Below, piece by piece: positions 53,953 through 64,000 of a stretch of DNA of 64,000 bases. Both the position numbers and the translations under genes were made by a program. The notes below the pieces were generated by a model. It saw nothing but the letters and a program-made list of their open reading frames with translations, searched no databases and was not told where the DNA came from. Position 1 is the first letter of the stretch, and the number at the start of each line of letters is the position of its first letter. The DNA is from Camelus ferus (taxonomy: Eukaryota), in the NCBI RefSeq assembly GCF_009834535.1, contig NC_045697.1, positions 4,528,001 to 4,592,000 on the forward strand, given 5' to 3'.

Positions 53953-55514
53953 GTCAGTGTGATTTTCATTTGGGAATAGCCTGCGTGCTCAGACACAGTC
54001 CAGGCCAGCAGGACAATCTGACAGGTGGATGAGGGTAGGAAAACAACCACGGTCAAGTGCAGACGACTAAAGGGACCAGACCCCGCCGTCTCGCCCTCTC
54101 TTCCCCGCGTGGCTCTGCCTGTTCACTTCCCTACGTAAGGACCACGCATTAGCAAAATACTGCCGCTGCAGAAGTGGCCAAGCTCACAGCCCGGTAGTTT
54201 CACTCCTGGAAATTTATCCTAAGTAAATAATTCTATGTGTGGAAAAGCCCAGTGGACAAGTGTATTCATGCCGGGGTATTTGTAATAGTGAAAAATCGTG
54301 GGGAAAACTCTGGTATTGTTAATTACCGTGTGTCCACTGAGTATGAAATACCGGCCGCTAAAACGATGCTGAGACGCGCCACGTGGTCGCATAGAAATGG
54401 TGGCATTCTACTAAATTAAAAAAAGGGTAGGAAGTGGAATGCATTGGGTGGCTGTGATGATAGACTGCAAGTGAACGTCTGTGGGTGAATGGCAACTTGG
54501 GCTCGAAGATAAATTCAAATACACCATGGTTATTTAGTTGGTAACCTCCTTAGATGGGGGATTTTGTTGTTGGTGTTGTTCTAGTATTTTTATTGTTAAA
54601 AAGAAAACTAAGATGCTCTCTGGCCAGCCAGAGTTTCCCTGGGCCTTGTTTTATCAGGCAGAGTACTGTCAGCATGGGGGGTGCTGGGGGGCCCAAGGAT
54701 TTACTTAGGGCTATGTTGACGTCAGGTGCTCAGAGTAAAAGTGAAGAAAGCATGGACGGCGTTACCGTTAGGTGACTGAGCCGCTCTTGATAATCGCTCA
54801 TTGGCGACTCTTACGACCAGATTCTGCTCTTACTAGCTGTATGGTCTTGAATGGGTTCATTAACCTCTCTGAGCCCCAGACCCTCCTCTTTAAAAGGAAG
54901 ATAACTCGACCTTTTTCAGAAGCGTTAGTTCTTGGCACGTTGCCAGATGCCAACAGACAAGAAGAGAGACCTGTCCTCAGTTTCTTGCTGGGTAGGATGG
55001 GCCTGCCCTCCTGCACCTTCATCTCCTATCTCCACAGTCTGGGTTGGTTTCTGTTTTCACAGTTGGAGGTGCATAAAAAGAGGCTGGTCCTGCTTCTGCC
55101 ACTAATTTGTGCAAGTCTTCTCCCTTCTCTGGGCTCAGCTTCCTCACTTTTAAAAGAAGGAAATGCACTAGATTGATTTAGTTACTTACTCATTTAGCAT
55201 TTCTGGGAGGCTGCCTTGTGCCAGACCCCGGGTAGGTGTTGGACTTACAAAGATGTGTCGCCCTGCAGAGGTGGTGGTCCTTGTGCTGAAGGAGCTTGCA
55301 GCCGTGTGATGGAAGGTGAAGCAGGCAGTTTTCTAAGGTACCCCAAGACCATGATAGTACCATCAGAGGGGTGTGGATGTGGCACTCAGAGAGTTCAGAG
55401 GCATCCAAGAGGGCCTCTGTCGTGGGTTGAGGGGATCAGGGAATGAAAGAGAATGAAAAAGGCTCAGAGACTTGTTGATTTTTAGAGTAGATTTCCGGGT
55501 TGAGGCTTGACTGA

Positions 55515-55697
<183 letters not shown>

Positions 55698-56469
55698 TGA
55701 AAGTACAACACGCATACAGAAAAGGATACACTAGAAAGTGTACAGCTCAGTGAATTGTTATGAAGTGAAACACACCCATAAAGCCACCACCAGGTCAAGA
55801 ACTAGAAAATGACCAACACCACAAAGCTCCCTGCTGGTTCCCCCTTCTAGTCTCTTTTTATTATGTTTTTTAATTTTGTGGTTTTGTCAAACTGCGTCCT
55901 CTGTGTCTGGTAATTTTTCACCGAGTGCTAGACATCATGCATGAAAACTTGAAGACAGAATCTGAGGTTCTGTTTGAGTGTTTTCATCCAGACAGAACTT
56001 CCTCTGTTTCTCACATCAGAACTGATTCAGAGATGAGTTTAGTACTTATGAGACCTGCTTTATTTCTCGCTCACTCTTACTCCTAGGGCACAGCCTTTCC
56101 AGGTCCCCAGCAAAAGCCTGTAATGTTTATCAGTGACCTTCCCCTGGCCCCAGCCCTCCCCATGAGGCTGTCAAAAATTCTGCTTAGCTTTCCACCTCTC
56201 AGCTGCCTCCCTCACACATGAGTTCTGCCTTCACTTGGAGGGGAGATACAGCCTTCAGTTCTGCACCAGCTCCTCTTGGCTTCTTTCCTGTTTCAAATCT
56301 AAGTCCCACAAATCCTCACAGTCTTTGTAGCTCTCAGATGCTTTTCAGTAGCTGTTTTGCTATATTTTGTCCAACTGTCCTACTTGCACTTACTGGAGGT
56401 TTGGTCCAAAATGTCCTAATCAGTTGGACCCAGAGCAGCACTCTGTTTTCCCAGAGAAAACCTATTTTA

Positions 56470-56670
56470 CTTATGAGATTTGGAGTCTGCCAGGCCTGAG
56501 CTCAAATCTCAGCTGTAATTCTGGTAATGCGGGGCGGATTACTTACTATGTCTGTGCGTCAGTCTCCTCATCTGTAAAATGGGGATAATGCCGCCTACTG
56601 CTGTTGTGAGGATAAAATCAGGTAAGCAGAGTTGAATACATGTCTGGGACATAAGAGATGCTCAAGGGGA
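56470..56670 (+). mobile_element. MIR SINE
   Basis: ttggagtctgccaggcctgagctcaaatctcagct...tcagtctcctcatctgtaaaatggggataat. Confidence 0.75.
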
Positions 56671-58516
56671 ATAAAAGCAGCCATCGCTCAGGGGGAAACT
56701 GATCTTATTCTTAGCATTTTATCTCAACCTTTTATTATTGGTTTTCTTCTGCCTTTTATTCCTGTGGCTTCTCACCTGCCTTCATGCTTATATGAATTCT
56801 TTTAATCTAACAAATGGAGTTGATATTTACCTCTCAGGGTCTTTGGATCAATTCAATGAAATCGTGCACATCATGTAATTACCATCCCGCCTGATGCAAG
56901 GTGATGTTCAGTGAATGACAGCCATTGTTACTGACCTTCTTAAGCTTTTTTTTTTTTCTGGTGGGTGACTTTCATTTCGAATTACTTGTCTACAGGCTTA
57001 TTGCTTAGTAATGAGAACTTCTTTCCAGCTTTGATCTTTTTCTAGGGAAATTACGTCTGACCTTTGATCTTTGACCTACCTTATCACAAAGCAGGTAGAA
57101 GGCATTTTAGGCACAGGGAGCAATGCCTGCAAAGGCAGAGGGTCCAGCTCCCCCGAAGCCCTGGGGGAATGGCAAGCAATTAAACGCGGCTGTAGCATAA
57201 AGGGGAGAGGAGTCTAGGAGATCTTGATGGCGGGGTTGACAAGAACAAGCTGAGGAAGAAAACCCCACCCCCATTTCTTGAATGTTCCCTGTGTGCAGTG
57301 CATCAGTTTATCCGGCACTCACAGTGGGCGCACCAGCTGGACCTGGGCGTCAGCCCTGCTTCACCTAGGAGAGAAGATGAGCTCCCGAGGAGGCGACCAG
57401 CTAGCCCAGGTCACACGGCTCGTGAGAGGCAGGGTTGGGCTTCCAACCCGAGCAGCCTGGCCCTAGGGCTGGCGCTTGGTCATTACGTGTCCAGATAGTG
57501 CTGGCCTTCCGGGGAGCAGGGGGTGCGGATAAGAGCTGTCTCTCCTGCCCCCCTTGGCGTTCCAATCTGGAGTTTAATGTGAAACAAAAACCCTCCAACG
57601 TCTGCTCTCAGGGCTACTGGCCAGAAACTCACAGCAAAGCTTTTCAGGAAACCGTAGGAGTGTCAGCTGAATGAATGGATGAACTGAAGAGCCTCTTAAT
57701 CTTATGGTTCTGAGTTTCTCAAGTGTTCTTCAACCTTCTTCGAAGTTCTCACCACAGTGTAGACGCCACTGGATCAGAACTCTCTCTATTGGACATACTT
57801 TCAAGCCCACAGGATACTTTTGGTTCTTTATAACGAGATGGCAGAAGGGTCAGTTTAAGTGTCCTTTATTCCCATGCTTTAACAGTTCCTGGCCCAGAGG
57901 AGGCCTTGGAGGGTGAATTTGGATAAATAATGAGGAGGTGGGAGGGGGCCGGTGGGCTGTTCTCCAGAAGGTCATGCAGTCACCTCGTCCTCATCCCAAC
58001 TTTGCGTCTCGCCCGCGGCCTTGGTTCTGTCCGGTCGTGACTGGCATTCAGGAGCCGAGCTCTCTGGCCTGCAGAAAAACAGATTGCAAGCCATCTATCT
58101 GGGCTGGCTTTGGGTAAGAGCTTCCTGCGGTGAAAATGAACTCTTTAAACAACTACACCAGCGGGTTAGTGACCTATAAGCAAAATGAGGTCATTTTTGA
58201 AGGGCAGTAACTAACTTTATCACATGTCACCATCATTTTATGGTTGAGCTTAGAGAAAAAAAAAAAAAGAAGGGAGCATGAGGTTGGCATCCAGCAGACA
58301 TTGATCTCCTTTTCACGGGAAGGTCACCTTCTCTTGTCACCGTGAACAACAAAATTGATAGAGGACATCACTCTGTGGGGAGACCATCAGTGACTGTCAG
58401 GCCTTTCGATGACATGGGGCTCGAGCCTCCACCTCCCCAGTCTCCGCTTCACACAGCGTTGATGGCCTGTGTCTCCGCGAACTATAATAGAAGGTGCTGG
58501 GCACAGAAAGTTCTAA

Positions 58517-58864
<348 letters not shown>

Positions 58865-59130
58865 ATTGAGTAAGACCACTCACTCTCCGGGGCCATTTCA
58901 CAGACGCCATAAATATTTGAAGCAAAACTTTCAGAGAGCGTTTTAAGAAATTGGTAGCAATCAAAACCCTGATTCAGTGGCCAGCGGCTTTGCCTGTGGC
59001 GCTGGGATCTGTGTTGGTTGTCAGAGCTCTGGAGAAATACTGGACTTGCAAATTCTTAGGAGTCTGGCTTTGCCAATGTCAAGGCAGCAAAGGGCATATT
59101 TCCTGCACCAAAACCTATTGAGCGACTGGC

Positions 59131-59350
59131 CTGGAGGTTCTCAACTGGGCGTGATACCCCACCCCTACCCCACCCCAGGGGAAAACCTGGCAACATCCGG
59201 AAACATTTTTATTGTCACAACTGGGAAGCTGCTACTGGCATCTAGAGGCCAGGGAAGCTGCTAAACACTTTTCAGTGCCCAGGACAGCCTCCTAGAACAA
59301 AGAGTCATCCGGTCCAAATGTCAGCAGTGCAGGGGGTGGGGAGGCCCTGG
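59131..59350 (+). mobile_element. MER20 DNA transposon
   Basis: ggttctcaactggg...ggcaacatccggaaacatttttattgtcacaactggg...tgctactggcatctagaggccagggaagctgctaaaca. Confidence 0.8.
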
Positions 59351-59511
59351 GCTGATCTAATAGCTCCTAACTTTGTCAGCCACGGAGAACTGTTTCGTTA
59401 TTTTCTTGCCCCTGGGGTCACTCCAATTTGCGTCTACCGATGAAATGCTTGATTTAAATAATTATATATTGTACAGTTTTAAACATGAAAACGAATCCAA
59501 ACTTTCAGATA

Positions 59512-59860
59512 AGTTCATTCATTCAACAGACATTTATGGACGTTTCATATACACCAGGCAACATGATACTTAGGGAGAACGAGGTGAGTCCACATTGGTC
59601 CCTGCCCGGGGGGCTCACGGGGCAACAGGAGAGATGAATGTGTAGACAGCTCACAGCGCAGCTGTGGTTAAGTGTGCGTGACAAGGCAGACAAAGGGAAG
59701 GGCCAGTTCTGCTTGACTTTGGGGAATGGGAGGTCATTCAGGAAGAAACAGCTGAGCAGAGTCCCTAGACCCAACCAGGTGTTCAGCACCTGGGTGAGGG
59801 GGGGAAGGGTGTTGTAGTCACAGGGAACGGCAAATGCAAAGGCTCTGAGGCATGAAACTG
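59512..59860 (-). mobile_element. L2 3' end
   Basis: ttcattcattcaacagacatttat tail followed by L2 body (gcaaatgcaaaggctctgagg). Confidence 0.7.
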
Positions 59861-62245
59861 AATTTAGGCCTTGCCCCCAGAGGGGGAGTGCGGAGAAGCC
59901 CTTTGCCAAGCAAAGAGTCACTGCTTCAGCCCCAGTCGGAACAGGACCCTCCCCTGACCCAGGTGTGGGACCCAAATGTGGGAGAAGAGCACCTCCATCC
60001 TGAGGGCCCAGGAAGAGAGTCAAAGGGCCTTGGGCTGCGTGCGCCCAGACCCTGTCCCCAGGCTCACCCATCAGAGACATCATCTCCCTCCTCGGGAGGG
60101 GCAGGTGACGAGCTAGCGGGAAGGTCAGAGTTACCGTCCTGATTTCATTCCCTCTTGGGAGCGGTTGTCATGTAAGGGCGAGGAAGGACCAGAACAAGAA
60201 ACCGAGGGCTCCCGGGGCAGTAGGCAAAGGATATTGATTTTATTTTACTGGATTTTAACTTTTTATGTTGCTGTGGAAAGTGCGGAGAGTTCCCACACCC
60301 TCACCCAGCTTCCCTCAGTGTGAACACCTTATTATGTACCGAATCGTAGTGCAGTGATGAAATGAATGGATTTATTTTGAGGAAAACCGGGGAGCTGCAG
60401 AGCCGTCAGAACAGCACACCAGTGAGGGAGCATCTGCTCGTCAAGCAGCTATCGTCTTCTTTAGCCCGCAGCATGTGTGATGGGTCACCAAGTCCACGAT
60501 TCCTTTGGTTTCTCAATGGACCTGCCCATTCATTTGTTCCGTAAGCATTTAATTTAACCATCATGTGCTCGCCAGGTCCCAAGTAGGTGCTGGGAAATGG
60601 AACTAAAGTAGATGCCCACGTCCGACCTCTGGGACCTCCTGGAAACCCTGCAGCCCCATCACCGCTGCCCAAGGAGGCCCCAGATTGGAAACCACTGTTG
60701 TCATCACTTTTCCCAGTTCAACCCATAACTGCCTATCATTCGGTGCCCTTTGGAGCTGGTCGGTATGTTGGTTTGCTCTCCCCTCTATTGGCCTCTTCCC
60801 CCCTTCTATCTGGGAAGACGCCTTTAGCTTTGAGCGTTGGGAAGACACTAAAGACGTCTTTGGACCGGTGACGCTGGGTGAGCAGCAGCTGGCCGCGGGG
60901 CCGAGCCCGCCCCAGGCAGTCAAGGCCATTTCTGGTCTCCAGACACTCCCGCCAGGTTCAGACATCTCGTCTTGTCACTTAAGTGCTCCCTCAGGCCTCT
61001 GCTGACAGTGTGGGCCTCAGCAGAGAGGCGACCCGCAAATCCATTTAAAGGAGCCACCGCGATCTGTGCAGCGTAACCGGATGATTCAATAATAAATTAC
61101 GTTCTGCAGCCAGGAGCTACGTATTAACCCGAGCCGTGAATCTGCCTGCGGCTGGCACCTTGGATCTCTTCGAGCTGGGCCGTTGCTTTGTGCTGTGATT
61201 CCTTCTGGTGGAAACTTTGTGATGGTGGATGGTGGACTGGCATTGTCCTGATCTCAGCTGTGCACTGCAGCCCTAGGAAGGGGCCCCGTGTTCCCCTGCC
61301 GCCCCCTCGGTGGGCCTGATGCAGCCAGGGCTCGACCTGTCAGATGTTCCCAGGCTGGGGACAGGACGTGCTCAGGCAACCGAGTGGGATCTGGCAGGAA
61401 CCTGGCCTGCAGGAGGGGGCTGGGGCCACCCCATGTGCCAGGAACGCCCCCGTGAGTGACCCGAGGCCTCTGGAGACCAGCCAGATGGGCCAGCCCAGCC
61501 GCTGCAGCAGAAAACAATTTGTCAGATGGGCTGTCAGCAAGCAGCAGTGGTGGCCCTCTTGGAGGTGCCTGGCTGAGCATGCAAAGCGGAGCCCTGGACA
61601 CAGCGAGGTAAATGCTGCAAGCCCGGTGGTTCAAGTGCTGAGCACAGTCGCTCCCTGTGCCTGATTCACTGCCAGGCTCTTCTGGGAGGCATCTTCCTAG
61701 TGTGACAAAGCAGTCTGTCCAGCAGATATTTCCTGAGCACCTGCCTAGGCAGGTGAGGGGCTGGGGGCTGGGTCTCAGGGATCTCACTCCAGGTCCCCAT
61801 CCTCCAGGCTCCTGGGGGGACAGATTGTGCAGATGGACCGAGACTAAGGGGCAGGGGCAGGGTGTGGAGGAGAATGCTGGGTCCAGGGGCACAGAGCAGT
61901 GGCTGACCAACGAGGGAGGAGTCAGGGAGGGCTTCCTGGGGGAAGTGCCAGCCGAAGTGGGCCTAGGAGATGAGCAGGGCCCAGCCAGGGACGGAGGCTT
62001 TGTGGGCAGGGGCAACGCATGGGAAAAGGCCCAGGGCAGGGCCAGGGGTAAGAAACAGGGGTGGACACACATGTCTTTCTATAATCCCCCAGTGGAAGGT
62101 GTTGCTTTTTTGAAATCCTACTGCGACTTTCTTGTTCCACTGAACCTGCGTTTTTAGTGGAGGGAAGACATTTTCCTGCTTCAAAATTCAGAAAGCACAG
62201 AGGTCCACGCAGTGCAGATTTCCTTCCCACCCTCTTCCCGGTTCC

Positions 62246-62946
62246 CGTCCCCAGAGACGAACGTGACCCCAGGTTTCTTAGGCTCCTCACCGCTGGAAAG
62301 CCAACGCAAAGAGAGGTGGGTGTTGGTAAAAAGGAGAGTTTGCTTTATTCCAGATGTCCGCATCCAGAGGAGGGGGTGGGGAGCCGACTCCTGTCCACGG
62401 GCCAGCTCCCCCCTCTGCCAGTCAGTGGGCAAGAGCTCTTAAAGGGGAGTCTCAGGGGGCACAGGCGGAGGGAGGGGGCCACGTGCAGAACTGCGCGGTC
62501 GGCTCTGACGGTCGTCTTGAAGTGAGCCGTGCGGGGGTCTGATCAGCGTCATCTTGTTCATTTTAAGCCCAGCTCCAGGGTCGGTTTGTTCCCACTTCCT
62601 GGAGGCTAGTTCTTGGAATTGTGGCAGCGTCTGTCATGGCTACAGTCTGGTCATCTTGTAGTTACTTTCTTCCGCCTGGTGGGGGTTTCAGGCCCAACAC
62701 GACGGCTCAGAGGAGAAGGCTCAGGGCGTGACCTATAGCCCTTGACGGGGAGCTAAAGGTCCTCGACTTTGTTTAATGACTAAACTATTATTTTGTTTTG
62801 CTTGACTATTTTCCTTTGTTTCGCTATTTCCTTATTTCTCTAATTAAACTTATACTTTGAAGTTTTTCTACAGCAGGAGTCCAGCGGAGGGCGTGGGAGG
62901 GGGGAGTCTGTCCTGGGAAGGCCCTGCAGGGTCCTGCTCCATTTCA
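62246..62946 (-). mobile_element. ERV1-type solo LTR (LTR39/MER41-like by recall)
   Basis: About 700 bp ending ...ccatttCA, reverse AATAAA (tttatt, about 62344) near the left end; flanks gttcc/cttcc are a near 5-bp TSD. Confidence 0.7.
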
Positions 62947-64000
62947 CTTCCAGGGGCGCCCTGTATATGCCGAGCCCTCACCCACCGGCTCCCACACACC
63001 CCTCCTTCACCCAGGCGGAGGCGTGCCACTCTCTGCCCTGTGCTCTGCTTTTTACAGTCCATGCATCTCCGTGATCAGTTCCCATCAGAACATGAATTTT
63101 TCATTCAGTTTGTAAACATTGCACTGTTTCCCACTGTGTGGATTTTACCAGCCCCCTTTCAATGAACGGTCTGTGTTGTTTCTGATCATTTGCTGTTAGA
63201 ACCAGTGCTGTCTGAAGATGCTTGTACAGACATCTCGTCCCCCATGTGTGACTTCGCCTGTGGGCAGATGCCTAGAAGAGGGATCGCTGGGTCAGGGTAG
63301 GGAAGCCTTTGTCACTCTGAGAGCCCTGCCCACCCCCACGCCCCTCCCCCTTTGAGGTTGTCCGGATTTCACTCCCCCTTGCGATGCTTGGGGGGGGTCC
63401 CTGCCATCTTGCTCCCTAAGATGTGCTGATTCAGCTCAGTGTTTACTTTTTGGGCCCCTGCCGTGGGCTGGCCTGGTTTGAGGTGATGAACTAGACAGAT
63501 GGGGCCCTGCTCACAGAAGGAGCGGATACATCAGAGTTGGGACGAGGGAGTCAGTGAACAGGCACTCCCTTCCTGACCCCAGCGAGGGACCATCTGTTTT
63601 TCCATCCCGCAGGCACTGACCTCTTGGGCAGGAGGGTGATGCATGGACCTGAGTGACTGCCATGTAGGGAAGCTGGGATCTGGCCACCAGGGACGCACCG
63701 CTGATAAGGCTCTGAGGAATATGGAGGCCAGTGGGGAGCAGAGAAGGTGGCATTGGGGCTGAGTCATGAAGGGCGTCCTGAGAGTGGGGGTGGTGGTCTG
63801 GGTGGAGGCCGGTCAGGAAAGGACTTAGGGCTCTGAGCTAAGCTCCATGCCACGCACGCCCCAGCTCTGGTCTCCTCCTGGGGTGGAAGCCCGGCTGGGG
63901 CAGAGGAAGCTGGAGCGGGGCTGGCAGGGGCCAGGGGACAGGAGCGTGGGTAGACGGCCCCATGTGGCAGCCGGTACCTACGTGGATGGACTGTGGGCCT

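Noticed and set aside
61254..62072. 272-aa minus-strand ORF
   Set aside because: Non-ATG start, largely overlaps an L2 remnant, low-complexity P/S/L composition

Overview
Mammalian genomic DNA, probably camelid (tRNA-derived Vic-1-like SINE at about 50.3 kb, cetartiodactyl-type L1 3' ends). It is not prokaryotic, so most of the ORF track is noise. The window holds two + strand genes. (1) The last coding exon of a JAKMIP-family gene (935-985, FLFLFLFFSLAFILWP*, the tail-anchor helix; JAKMIP1 by recalled synteny). (2) A complete 12-exon C4orf50 orthologue that I spliced by hand: 7776-8062, 12163-12301, 16562-17149, 27250-27379, 28479-28606, 29964-32477, 39318-39473, 43471-43527, 46223-46405, 53904-53952, 55531-55652, 58619-58864. 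All introns are GT-AG, phases match, and the CDS is 4599 nt (1532 aa + stop), a coiled-coil plus disordered protein of unknown function. The rest is intronic or intergenic, with L1, L2, MIR, MaLR/ERV solo LTRs, hAT MITEs and microsatellites. I see no convincing novel multi-gene system. The best leads are the splice architecture at the JAKMIP1/C4orf50 boundary, translational and poly(A) oddities of C4orf50, and some atypical retrotransposon insertions. Gene and repeat family names come from recall, not from a search, and repeat boundaries are approximate unless TSDs are given.
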